DNA of 64,000 nt from positions 1,376,001-1,440,000 of the forward strand of contig CAWKKR010000008.1 of assembly GCA_963850305.1 (NCBI GenBank). The letters run 5' to 3'. Position numbers and translations under genes: made by a program. Positions 43,789 through 53,528 of this stretch are shown here, one piece after another. Each line of letters begins with the position of its first letter. The stretch's first letter is position 1. The DNA comes from an uncultured delta proteobacterium (GTDB taxonomy: Bacteria; Myxococcota_A; Polyangia; Polyangiales; Polyangiaceae). Below the pieces are notes generated by a model. That model searched no databases. It was not told the DNA's origin and was given only the letters and a program-made list of their open reading frames with translations.

Positions 43789-44729
43789 CGCGTTTCCTTT
43801 CGTGGCGGTCCGGATGCCATGTTGCGGGCCACAAGATCTTGCCGCCTGAGCCGATATTGCGCGGATGTCGGCGGTGCACCCGGGGCCTTGAGCACGTGGT
43901 AATCGGAGCCGAGCGCGACGCCGAGGCTCGTCTTGGAAATGGTCGGCGGAAACCCGCGATGGGCGTCGGTCGCTACGCCATCGACCACACGATTGGACAG
44001 ACGTCCGATTCCGTCGACTTCGACTTCGACGAGGTCTCCTGGATAGACGGGGCGCGAGTGCCAGGGCGTTCCAGTCAGCACGATGTCGCCCGGGCGCAGC
44101 GTGACGTGACGCGTGATGTCCGCGAGCAGGTCTTCGATCCCCCAGACCATCTCGGTGACCGCGCCTTCCTGCACTTTTTCGGAATTCACGTACGTCCGGA
44201 GCGTCGACTTGCGAATGTCGATCCCGCTCACGATCCCGGGCCCGACCGGGCAGAACCCGTCCTGCCCTTTCACCCGCAACATGGAGCCTGCGTCGGTGTC
44301 CCTGAAGTCGTGGACACCGACGTCATTCGCGCAGGTGAATCCTGCCAGGTGGTCCCAGACGTCCCCCGGGCGAACACGCTGCATCGTGCGACCGACGACG
44401 GCGGCGATCTCGCCCTCGTAGTTCATGAGCTGGCAGTCCGGCGGGCGTACGAGATTCGCGCCGTGCGCGCCGATCGCCGTGGGCGGCTTGAGAAAGTAGG
44501 TGGGATGGGCATCGTCGATGCTCACGCCGAACTCCGCGGCGCGCGACCCGTAGTTCAAGTGAACGCAGACGATGGTGCGCGGCTCGACGGGCGGCGCGTG
44601 TACCGCCTCGAGGGGCGCGATGGATCGACTGCCGCCCACGAGCACGTCGCCGTCCAGGGTGCAGAGCTGTACGGTGCCGTCGATCACGATCCGGCGGATT
44701 TCTCGACGCGGCCCTTCGAGCACGCTCAC
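43785..44729 (-). CDS. fumarylacetoacetate hydrolase family protein (HpaG-like)
   Basis: YFLKP, NYEGEIA, ANDVG, KGQDGFCPVGP, GDIVLTGTP. Confidence 0.92.
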   Translation of the reverse strand: MSVLEGPRREIRRIVIDGTVQLCTLDGDVLVGGSRSIAPLEAVHAPPVEPRTIVCVHLNYGSRAAEFGVSIDDAHPTYFLKPPTAIGAHGANLVRPPDCQLMNYEGEIAAVVGRTMQRVRPGDVWDHLAGFTCANDVGVHDFRDTDAGSMLRVKGQDGFCPVGPGIVSGIDIRKSTLRTYVNSEKVQEGAVTEMVWGIEDLLADITRHVTLRPGDIVLTGTPWHSRPVYPGDLVEVEVDGIGRLSNRVVDGVATDAHRGFPPTISKTSLGVALGSDYHVLKAPGAPPTSAQYRLRRQDLVARNMASGPPRKETR

Positions 44730-45509
44730 AGGGGTTCCACCTTTCCGCCGAGCACCGAGAACGCCATCGAGAACACGCAGCCGGCGCCCACTGAGAGGGG
44801 TCCGAGCGCGTCGAGCTCTTCGTACTCGGTGCGCCCGAGCTGGAGCATGCCAGCGCCGGTGTGGACCGTGCCGCACTCGAAGTTCGCGATCGTCCCGGAT
44901 GCGAGCTCATTCACCGACGGCGCGTCGCGATCGATCGATGGAAAGAGTCGCGTGTGCACAAGGGGCAGCGTGGCGGCTCGCGGGAGGCGGTCCGACGTGC
45001 GCTCGAGGGTGACGCTCGCGGTCACCACGCGTCGCCAGTGGCTGGTTGCGTGGGCGGCGAACACCGCTCCGGCTTGCTTTCGAACACCACCTCGACCGAG
45101 AGCGACCGGTCTCGTCATCGCGATGGCCCCGAGCTTCTTCGGGAAATCCCTGGATCTGGCCGCGGAGCAGCGAGAGCTCGCTGTCCACCCAGATGAACGG
45201 GACGCGCCCGATCTTCTTGTCCCCGCGCAACGCGTGCAGGACGACGTAGGCCTCGCGGTACTGCCCGACGGCGGGATCGGCGAGCACGCGTTCGTCATGG
45301 TCGCTCGCGGAGCACCAATCCGCGAAGACGACGCTCGCGGCGCCGTCCGGGGACGGCTCGAATCCTCGCGGAAGAAGCGCCGCGACGGCGTCGACCGGCG
45401 CCGTGAAATCGACGGCGATGATCTCGCCCGAGTAGTGCCACGGCGGCGGCGCGACGATCGACGAGCGTCCGGTTGCCGTCTGCGGAAGCGTCCAGCCTTT
45501 CAACGTCAT
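44726..45509 (-). CDS. acetoacetate decarboxylase-like protein (MppR-like; +1 frameshift at about 45145)
   Basis: PPPWHYSG, QYREAY, QGFP|KKLG Schiff-base lysine motif split by one extra base. Confidence 0.82.
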
Positions 45510-46390
45510 GGGGCGACTCCCTCGGACGTCGTGTGGAAGAACACGTGCGTTTGCCCCGTGCCGACGGCATTCTCGTATTCGGAGAGTCGCTCACCCCGCG
45601 CCCGGCATTCGCGCCCACCGACCGCGCCGAGCGCCATCAGATAGTGAGCGAAGCGCCCTTCGGGATGATACTTCGACTGATATTCAGGCCAGAGCTCGAG
45701 CACCGCGGCGTGCTCTCCGCGCTCCCAGTGCCCGAGAATTCGAAGGTCCATGGCGCGCGCTTCCGCCGAGATGACGTGCGAAGCGTCGTAGCCGAAGTGG
45801 TTCCGGATGGTCGCGAGCGGCCAGAAGCGATGACTCATGCCGCCGCTCCCGAGTACCGCGACGCGCGCGCCGTCCACGTGCTTCACGGCCTCCGCGAGCG
45901 CGCTCCCGAGAGCGAGGTAGTCCTCCATCGCGCCCGTCTGAACGATGCCGCACGACAGCACGGTCTCCGCTCGCCGCAGATGATGCACCAGGTTGATGGT
46001 CGCGTAGTGCTGCGGCAGGGACGGCGTGGTGACGTTCACCGTGTAGAGTCCGCGCTCCTTGCCCACCCGGTGCCAGGCTTTGGCAAGCTCCGGTGCGCCC
46101 GGGTAGTCGTACGGGACCTCACAGATGCTGCGGGGCATCTCGTCGCTCGTGTAATTGCCGAGGAAGTGATCCGCGCCCGCGAGGACGTGCTCGGTCGTCG
46201 TGTACCAGTGCGTGTCGAGGATGACGAAGGTGTTCACCTCGAGCTCGGCAAAGCGCTCCCGGAGGCGCCGATAGCCGGGCTCGACCAGCGTGGTGTCCGC
46301 GCCGGTGCCGCCGAGCTCGACGCGGATCTTCTCGTCCACCATCACCATGGGCTGGTGGGCGACGACTGCGGCGGCGACGATGCTACCCAT
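45506..46390 (-). CDS. class III extradiol ring-cleavage dioxygenase (LigB/HpaD type)
   Basis: AHQP, DTHW, YPGAPELA, GSGGMSH, EGRFAH, YENAVGTGQ. Confidence 0.9.
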   Translation of the reverse strand: MGSIVAAAVVAHQPMVMVDEKIRVELGGTGADTTLVEPGYRRLRERFAELEVNTFVILDTHWYTTTEHVLAGADHFLGNYTSDEMPRSICEVPYDYPGAPELAKAWHRVGKERGLYTVNVTTPSLPQHYATINLVHHLRRAETVLSCGIVQTGAMEDYLALGSALAEAVKHVDGARVAVLGSGGMSHRFWPLATIRNHFGYDASHVISAEARAMDLRILGHWERGEHAAVLELWPEYQSKYHPEGRFAHYLMALGAVGGRECRARGERLSEYENAVGTGQTHVFFHTTSEGVAP

Positions 46391-47855
46391 GCGTCGCCTC
46401 CCCGGGGAACGTGCAGCGCTTGATCGCGACGTTCTTCACGTCGCAATGAAAGTCGAAGCTCCATTTCCCGCCCTCGCGCCCGATGCCGGATTTGCGAGCG
46501 CCGCCGAACGGGGCATCGAGATCCCGCGCGAAGTAGCAATTGACCCAGACGGTTCCTCCGGCGATGCGCGACGCGACGCGCGTCGCGCGGTCGCGGTCGC
46601 GCGTGTAGACGACGGCAGCGAGCCCGTAGCTCGTACCGTTGGCGAGTTCGACCGCCTGCGCTTCGCTTTCGAACGTCTGCCAAGTGAGTACCGGGCCGAA
46701 CACCTCGTGTTGCACGACCTCGGACGACTGCTGGACGCTCGTGAGGATCGTCGGTTGGTAATAGAGCCCCCCGCGTTCGTGCCGGGCGCCGCCGAAGATG
46801 GCCGTCGCCCCGGTTCCGAGCGCGCGCTCCACGAAACCCGAAACGCGCTCGAGCTGTCGCGGGTGGATGAGCGGTCCGACGCGAACGCCTTTCTGCCGTG
46901 GATCGCCGACGGTGAACGCCGTGGCTGCTTTGAGGACGCGCGCACGAAATTCCGGTTCGATCGACGCATCCACGAGGATGCGGGTCCCCGCGAGGCACAC
47001 CTGGCCGGCATTGTTGAATTGCGCGACCACCGTATTTGCTGCTTCACCGAGATCGGCGTCTGCGAAGACGATGAACGGCGACTTTCCGCCGAGTTCGAGG
47101 CTCACCGGTGTGATGTTTGCCGCGGCGGCGCGCCCTACCGCGCGCCCCGTTGTCGTCGAACCGGTAAAGCTAATGCGATCGACCCCTGGGTGCTCGACGA
47201 GCGCCTGACCCGCTTCGGAACCGATCCCCTGCACGACGTTGAAGACGCCGCGCGGAACGCCGGCACGCTGCGCGACCTCCGCGAGCAGCGAGCACGAGAG
47301 GGGCGCCCATTCCGGCGGCTTCAGCACGACCGTGTTTCCAGCGGCGAGCGCCGGACCGAGCTTCCACGTCGACAGCATGAGCGGCGCGTTCCATGGTGTG
47401 ATCAGCGCCGCGACACCTGCGGGTTCGTGGCGCACGTGATTGTCCACCTCGTGACCCGCGATGACCTCCTCTCCGAGGGTGCACGCGAGCGATGCGAAGT
47501 AAGAAATGTTGTGTGCGGACCGTTCGACGATTCGCTTCAGATTGGCTATGAGGAGCGAGCCGTTATCGGCTGTCTCGACTGCCGAAAGCTCCGCCTTGCT
47601 TTCGAGGATGCCTTCAGCGAGGCGCTTCAGGATCTGACCGCGCCCATCTGGACCGAGGGCCGCCCACGCCGGAAACGCGTCCCGCGCGGCCGAGACGGCC
47701 TGGTCGACGTCCTCCGCGCTCCCCGCGGCGACGTCTCCCAAGATCGCGCCATCGATGGGAGAGAACACCTCGAACGTTTTCCCGTTGAAAGCGCATCGCT
47801 CTCCACCGACGAAGTGACGGGTGTCCACCTGTACATTTTCGACGCGAATCGACAT
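46383..47855 (-). CDS. aldehyde dehydrogenase (hydroxymuconate-semialdehyde/HpaE-like)
   Basis: ITPWNAP, FTGSTTTG, LELGGKSP, GQVCLAG, EVFGPV. Confidence 0.94.
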   Translation of the reverse strand: MSIRVENVQVDTRHFVGGERCAFNGKTFEVFSPIDGAILGDVAAGSAEDVDQAVSAARDAFPAWAALGPDGRGQILKRLAEGILESKAELSAVETADNGSLLIANLKRIVERSAHNISYFASLACTLGEEVIAGHEVDNHVRHEPAGVAALITPWNAPLMLSTWKLGPALAAGNTVVLKPPEWAPLSCSLLAEVAQRAGVPRGVFNVVQGIGSEAGQALVEHPGVDRISFTGSTTTGRAVGRAAAANITPVSLELGGKSPFIVFADADLGEAANTVVAQFNNAGQVCLAGTRILVDASIEPEFRARVLKAATAFTVGDPRQKGVRVGPLIHPRQLERVSGFVERALGTGATAIFGGARHERGGLYYQPTILTSVQQSSEVVQHEVFGPVLTWQTFESEAQAVELANGTSYGLAAVVYTRDRDRATRVASRIAGGTVWVNCYFARDLDAPFGGARKSGIGREGGKWSFDFHCDVKNVAIKRCTFPGEATHG

Positions 47856-49387
47856 CAGGCTCTTCCTAGGGTGTCCATGGTTTCGGAGGCTCTCGAGAAG
47901 CGCTCGCGAAGCGCTCGTTTCAGGATCTTTCCGGGACCGGATTTTGGCAGCGGTGTGACTTGCACGTAGATGCGCTTGGGTACTTTGTACCCGGCAATGA
48001 AGCTCCGGCAGTGGGACCTGAGCTCGGCCGCCAGCTCATCGTGCGCGACCTCACCGTCTTCACGCACGACGACGATGGCATGAACGGCTTCCCCCCAGGT
48101 CGGATCGGAGACACCGAACACGGCGGCTTCGACGACCGCCGGATGCCGGTTGAGAACGTCCTCCACTTCGATCGAGTAAACGTTTTCTCCTCCCGAGATG
48201 ATCATGTCCTTCTTGCGATCGACGACGAAGACGTAACCGTCGTCTCGCATCAGCCCGAGGTCCCCCGTGTGGTACCAGCCGTCCGCGATAGCCTCCGCCC
48301 CGGCCGCGGGATCGTTCCAGTAACCGACAGTCACGTTGGATCCCCGGACGAGAATTTCGCCGACCTCACCTGGATCGCACTCGGTGCCGTCCGGACGCAC
48401 GATCTTCACCGACACGCCCGGCACCGCGCGACCGCACGAGCCAAGGAGCGGCGTCCCGATCACCGTCTCTTCGTTCCGAAGGCAGGTCACGATGGAGGCG
48501 GTCTCCGTGGCGCCGTAGAATTGCGCGAGCTCCGCCGAGGGGAACGTCTCATGGGCCGCCTCGATGACGGCGTTCGCGATGGACGAACCGGCATGGCCGA
48601 GCATTCGCAACGAAGAGACGTCTCGAGGACGTCGCCGCTGCGACTCCACGAGGGCGGACAGCATCGTCGGGACCGGCATGATGACCGTGATGTGGTGCTC
48701 CGTCATTGCGTCGAGGCAATTCTCCGGTTCGAACGACGGCAGCGTCACGGTCGTCGCCCCGAGCCACACGAGGCCCACGAGTGGCGCCACTCCCGCGACG
48801 TGAAACATCGCGGCGATTGCGAGGAATCGGTCGTCACCGGTCAGCGAGCACGCGACGACCTTGTGGAAGGCGTTCGCTATCAAGTTACGATGGGTCGTCA
48901 TGACGCCCTTCGGTCTTCCGGTCGTGCCGCCGGTGTAGAAGAGCGCCGCGATGGCATCCTCGTCGCGGCTCGGGGGAGGCGCGTCCCCGCTCCCGGAGAG
49001 CAGTGCTTCGTAGTCGTCGGGAATGAACACCACGCGCTCCACGTGGGCCGCCAGCCCGCCCGGGTCGCGATCGGTAAGGAGAATGCGAGCGCCGGAGTCC
49101 ATGAGGATCGCCTCGAGCTCCGGCTCCGCAAGGCGCGTGTTGAGTGGAACCACGACCAACTCGAAGGCGGGGATCCCGAAAAAAGCCTCGACGTAGCGAT
49201 GGCCATTCGCGGCCAGCACGGCGACCCGATCGCCAGCGTGTGCGCCGAGCACGCGGAGACCCGCTGCGAGGCGCGCGCATCGGTCGTACAGCTCCGCGAA
49301 GATGACTGGCCGGTCTCGATCGATCACCGCCACTCGACTGCCGTGCTGACGCCGCGCGTGCTCGATCGGATCGATCATCGTCGACAT
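47855..49387 (-). CDS. AMP-forming acyl/aryl-CoA ligase
   Basis: YTGGTTGRPKG, YGATE, HTGDLG, DRKKDMIISGGEN, PKSGPGK. Confidence 0.94.
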   Translation of the reverse strand: MSTMIDPIEHARRQHGSRVAVIDRDRPVIFAELYDRCARLAAGLRVLGAHAGDRVAVLAANGHRYVEAFFGIPAFELVVVPLNTRLAEPELEAILMDSGARILLTDRDPGGLAAHVERVVFIPDDYEALLSGSGDAPPPSRDEDAIAALFYTGGTTGRPKGVMTTHRNLIANAFHKVVACSLTGDDRFLAIAAMFHVAGVAPLVGLVWLGATTVTLPSFEPENCLDAMTEHHITVIMPVPTMLSALVESQRRRPRDVSSLRMLGHAGSSIANAVIEAAHETFPSAELAQFYGATETASIVTCLRNEETVIGTPLLGSCGRAVPGVSVKIVRPDGTECDPGEVGEILVRGSNVTVGYWNDPAAGAEAIADGWYHTGDLGLMRDDGYVFVVDRKKDMIISGGENVYSIEVEDVLNRHPAVVEAAVFGVSDPTWGEAVHAIVVVREDGEVAHDELAAELRSHCRSFIAGYKVPKRIYVQVTPLPKSGPGKILKRALRERFSRASETMDTLGRA

Positions 49388-49390
49388 GCG

Positions 49391-50368
49391 CTACTGCTCC
49401 GCGACGTCGATGACGACGTTGCCGAATAGATCTGGCTGTTGGGTCCTCGCAAGAGCGTCCCGGATGCGCTCAAGCGGAAACGTCGAGTCGATCACCGGTC
49501 GGAGGTCCGCTGCTTCCATGAAACGCAGCATGCGTAGCGTCTCGGCGCGCGTGCCCGACGTCGATCCGATGATGGAGACCTGATTGTAGAAGATACGTGG
49601 CAATTCCGGCGGAAGGTCGGAACCCGTCGTCGCGCCCGACGTCACGATGCGTCCGCCCGGGCGCACGGACCGCAAGCTGTGCTTGAAGGTGGCCGCGCCG
49701 ACGGTGTCGAAGACGATGTCCACCGGGCTCACACGTTCACCCGTCGGGATCGCCTCGTGAGCGCCGAGGGTGAGCGCGCGCTTGCGCTTCATCTCGGAGC
49801 GACTCGCGACCGTCACGTGGAGCCCCGCGGCGCGCGCCATGGCGATCGCCGCGGTCGCAACACCGCCTCCTGCGCCCTGGATCAAGAGCCGCTCCCCCGG
49901 CTTCGCGCCGCCCCGAGTGAAGAGCGCGCGATACGTCGTCGACCAACCGACGTTCAAGCAAGCGGCCTCGCGGAACGAGAGGCGCGCGGGCTTCGGGATG
50001 ACGTTTCGGACGGGGACGACGGTGTATTCTGCGAAGGAGCCCGGGGAGACTTCGGATACCAACGATCGGTCCGGGTCGAAGGTCTCGTCGCCGTCCCCGG
50101 CGTCGGGGTCGCCGAAGCACCCCGTAACCATCACCTCGTTCCCGCGCGCATCCCACCCGACGATGTCGCAACCGAGGATCCTGGGAAACGAATCCGCCTT
50201 CACCCCGACCCCACGAAGCGACCACAGGTCATGCATGTTCACGGTCGTGGCAGCGACGCGGATGCAAACCTGACCCGGTCCCGGCTCGGGCAACGGCCAG
50301 TCCTGCTTCAGTTCGATCGCCGAGAATGGATCCCGCTCGTCCACGCGAAGCGCCACGGCTGCACGCAT
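49391..50368 (-). CDS. medium-chain dehydrogenase/reductase (quinone oxidoreductase-like)
   Basis: NMHDLW, ILGCD, QGAGGGVA, GATTG, IIGST, RPVIDSTFPL. Confidence 0.9.
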   Translation of the reverse strand: MRAAVALRVDERDPFSAIELKQDWPLPEPGPGQVCIRVAATTVNMHDLWSLRGVGVKADSFPRILGCDIVGWDARGNEVMVTGCFGDPDAGDGDETFDPDRSLVSEVSPGSFAEYTVVPVRNVIPKPARLSFREAACLNVGWSTTYRALFTRGGAKPGERLLIQGAGGGVATAAIAMARAAGLHVTVASRSEMKRKRALTLGAHEAIPTGERVSPVDIVFDTVGAATFKHSLRSVRPGGRIVTSGATTGSDLPPELPRIFYNQVSIIGSTSGTRAETLRMLRFMEAADLRPVIDSTFPLERIRDALARTQQPDLFGNVVIDVAEQ

Positions 50369-50393
50369 CGAAAGCCTCCGACTCCCGATCGAG

Positions 50394-50414
50394 AGTATCA
50401 AGCCACTTGATACT
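50394..50414. promoter_or_regulatory. probable MarR operator
   Basis: Perfect inverted repeat AGTATCAAG-cca-CTTGATACT between the divergent operon and marR. Confidence 0.75.
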
Positions 50415-50441
50415 AACGAAGGCAGGGGTAGACTGTCAACG

Positions 50442-50936
50442 GTGCCGCGAATAGCGTATCTCGTGAAGCAAATCGAGCGAGCACTACGGGCGCAACTCGA
50501 TGGAGCGCTCCTGCCGCTCGGTGTCACCACGTCCGAGTACACGGCGCTCAGTATCCTGGGTGCGCGAAGTGGGCTCTCCTCGGCCGCGCTCTCGCGCCGG
50601 GTGTTCGTCACTCCACAGGCGATGAATCAGATCGTGCTCGAGCTCGCTCGCCGGGGGCTCATTCGTCGCAAAGTCAGCCCGGATCATCGCCGTGTCATGC
50701 ATATCAGCCTGACTTCTCGGGGCCGAGCCATGCTCGAAACCTGTGATCGGGCAACGCTTCCCGTCGAGGAACGGCTGCTCGAAAGCCTCTCGAGAGCGGA
50801 AGCGGCGGCGTTGCGAGGCGTGCTGTCGAGCTGTGTGCGCTCGCTCGCCGGCACGGCGGCGCCGCGTAACGAGCGAGGAGAGGACGGTCATGTCGAGCGC
50901 GGCAAGCAAAACGGCGCGCGGATTCAGGAAGACTGA
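50442..50936 (+). CDS. MarR-family transcriptional regulator
   Basis: SSAALSRRVFVTPQAMNQIV..L...GLI.R...LT..G. Confidence 0.92.
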   Translation: MPRIAYLVKQIERALRAQLDGALLPLGVTTSEYTALSILGARSGLSSAALSRRVFVTPQAMNQIVLELARRGLIRRKVSPDHRRVMHISLTSRGRAMLETCDRATLPVEERLLESLSRAEAAALRGVLSSCVRSLAGTAAPRNERGEDGHVERGKQNGARIQED

Positions 50937-51026
50937 CGGCGACGCGATTCAATACGAGCTCTTCAGGGGCCGCCAGATCTTGCCGACGCGCCACCAGGAG
51001 CGCATAAAGCCCGCCGTGAAGCGGTT

Positions 51027-52118
51027 GTGATGAGCAACGAGGAACCGAAATCGAGATCGGCTCTGTTGCGCGCCGAGCTCGCCGTGGCGCGCGCCCTTTT
51101 CCGGCTGCCTGCTCCGGTGCAATTCGCGCTGTCCGGCAGGCGTCCGGTGGTCGTGGACGGTCAGGCACTGCTGCCCGAGACGCAGCTTTTGCTGCGCCTC
51201 CGCGCGCTCCGGGGCGGCAAGGGGTTGAAGCGCGAGACGCCGGAGCTCGCGCGGGCCGCGATGCGACGCGAGACGGCAGCGTATCCGTGCGCGCCCGTCG
51301 CGCTCCGGAGCGTGCGTGATTTCGAGATCCCTGGGGCGGCGGGTCCGCTCCGCGTCCGTCATTACGCGCCGGACGAACTGGGCGACGTACCGCTGCTCGT
51401 GTTCTTCCACGGGGGCGCGTTCATCATCGGGGACCTCGCCACACACGACGATCCGTGTCGCCTCCTGTGCCGGCACGGCGCCGTTCACGTGCTGTCCGTC
51501 GAATATCGTCTCTCGCCCGAGCATCCATTCCCCGCTGCTCCCGACGATTGCCTCGCGGCGTTCCGCTGGGCGGCCGCGCACGCGACGGAGCTCGGCGCCA
51601 ATCCGGCGCGCGTCGGTGTCGGAGGAGACAGCGCAGGCGGGAACCTCGCCGCCGTGGTGTCGCTCGTCGCGCGCGACGACGGAGGCCGAGCTCCGTCGTT
51701 CCAGATCCTCATCTATCCCGCGACCGACAGGACGACGGTGCGGCGCTCCGTCGTCGCGTTCGGCGAGGGGTTCTTGCTCACGCGAGAGGACATGCAATGG
51801 TCGACGCGTGCGTACCTAGGTGATCGCGTCGAGCTCGGCGCGGACCCTCGGGTCTCGCCGCTCGTCGCGAAAGATCACACGGGACTCGCGCCCGCGCTCG
51901 TCGCCACGGCTGGATTCGACCCGCTCCGCGACGAGGGCGACGCCTACGCGAAGGTTCTCGAAGATGCGGGTAACCATGTCGTCTGGTTGCCGATCCCCGG
52001 CGTCCTTCACGGCTTCCTGCACATGGCGAGCGTGAGCCCCGCACCGCTCGACGCGGTCCTGCGGATTGCATGCGCGACGCGCGAGCTGAGCCGGCGCACG
52101 CGGCGCGGCATCGCCTGA
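51027..52118 (+). CDS. HSL-family esterase/lipase
   Basis: HGGAF, GDSAGG, DPLRDEG, HGF. Confidence 0.94.
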   Translation: MMSNEEPKSRSALLRAELAVARALFRLPAPVQFALSGRRPVVVDGQALLPETQLLLRLRALRGGKGLKRETPELARAAMRRETAAYPCAPVALRSVRDFEIPGAAGPLRVRHYAPDELGDVPLLVFFHGGAFIIGDLATHDDPCRLLCRHGAVHVLSVEYRLSPEHPFPAAPDDCLAAFRWAAAHATELGANPARVGVGGDSAGGNLAAVVSLVARDDGGRAPSFQILIYPATDRTTVRRSVVAFGEGFLLTREDMQWSTRAYLGDRVELGADPRVSPLVAKDHTGLAPALVATAGFDPLRDEGDAYAKVLEDAGNHVVWLPIPGVLHGFLHMASVSPAPLDAVLRIACATRELSRRTRRGIA

Positions 52119-52334
52119 ACGCCGGATCTCGGACTTGGCCCGGAACTCCGGAGTGTTCCCACCCGAAATCTGTAACGCGACCGGAAGACGGCGCGCTCGT
52201 AGCTCGGGTCGCGAGGGTCGTGAGCTCCAATCGATAAACTGCGACGTGTGGAAGGTAGCGACGGTGTGTGCCGTTCACGTACGTGGGCTGAGTAGGGCGG
52301 AGCTCGATTGGAGCTCGACCGAAAGGAACTCACC

Positions 52335-53516
52335 ATGTTTCGTTCTTGGGTCACTCTGGCGGGTATCTGTGCGGCAACCTGTGGGGCGGTCGCGTGCGGG
52401 TCGAGCGCATCGCCTCCAGGCGGGCCAGGCGACTCCGGGGGTGTATACGGCTTCGGAAACTACGGAAGCGGCGGCATCGGTTCGAGCTCGGGCGGCTTCG
52501 CTACCAACGAGTCAGGCGGGGTGCCCTTCGGCTCCGGCGGCGAGAGCATGGGCAACGGTGGCTACGATACGTCGATCGGCGACGGTTCGGGCGGCGCTTT
52601 CGGGGGTGGTTCGGGCGGTTCGAATGACGGCAATGGCGGCTTCTTCTCGAGCGGCGGCTCACCGAGTTCCGGTGGATTTCCCGCGGCTACCGGCGGGATG
52701 TCGGGCGCTGGCGGCGCGACCACCACCCCCGGCACGAATCCCCCTGCAGACAAGCTGCCGACCGTCACCGGGACCTGCCCGTCACTTACCACCGGGCCCA
52801 TCACCGTGAATGGCACGGCCGGAAACATCTGGGTCGGAACGAAGCCGGGCCCCATGTACATCTACTGGCACGCGACGGGCACGACCTACACGGAGATCGA
52901 CCAGGGCATGCCCGGAGCGACCAGCGGCGTTGCCACGAACGGCGGCATCGCGCTGTCCTTCAACACGACGAACAACCAGGGGACCGATACGGGCGACGCG
53001 GTGTGGTTCACGGGAGACTTCGATTCCTCGGATCAAGTCCTCGCGTGCGGCATACAGAAAGGTCTCGTCGATACGAGCCGCATTTACACCGCGGGCTACA
53101 GCGCCGGCGGTCTCCAGGCGTGCGCCATGGTCGCAACGCGCGGCAAGTACCTGGCCGCGGCGATCTGCTACTCGGGCGGCGCGGCCATCATCTCGGGCAC
53201 GCCGCAGGACACGAGCAACCTTCCTGCGACTCTCCTCCTCCACGGCGCGGCCGGCAAAGATACGTTCATCCTCGACTTCAACGCGCAGAGCCAGACGTGG
53301 GCCAACCAATACACGACCGCCGGCGGCTTCGCGATCAACTGCGACGACGGGGGAGATCACATAACGTCCGCATTCACCCGAATGGGGTTCGGCGGTCGTG
53401 CGATGCCGTTCCTGCAAGCACACACGTGGCATCAGACACCGGAGCCCTATGACCCACTGCCATCCGACTGGCCCAGCTACTGCACGATCTGGACGCCGAA
53501 CCACGCGGCCATCTGA
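52335..53516 (+). CDS. lipoprotein esterase-like hydrolase with Gly/Ser-rich linker
   Basis: AAAGGA RBS, lipobox VAC, Gly/Ser linker, GYSAGG, LLHG...D, H. Confidence 0.8.
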   Translation: MFRSWVTLAGICAATCGAVACGSSASPPGGPGDSGGVYGFGNYGSGGIGSSSGGFATNESGGVPFGSGGESMGNGGYDTSIGDGSGGAFGGGSGGSNDGNGGFFSSGGSPSSGGFPAATGGMSGAGGATTTPGTNPPADKLPTVTGTCPSLTTGPITVNGTAGNIWVGTKPGPMYIYWHATGTTYTEIDQGMPGATSGVATNGGIALSFNTTNNQGTDTGDAVWFTGDFDSSDQVLACGIQKGLVDTSRIYTAGYSAGGLQACAMVATRGKYLAAAICYSGGAAIISGTPQDTSNLPATLLLHGAAGKDTFILDFNAQSQTWANQYTTAGGFAINCDDGGDHITSAFTRMGFGGRAMPFLQAHTWHQTPEPYDPLPSDWPSYCTIWTPNHAAI

Positions 53517-53528
53517 AAAACACCCGAC

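Noticed and set aside
52420..52740. GGC-rich low-complexity DNA (also 13290-13480)
   Set aside because: Explained by Gly-rich protein linkers
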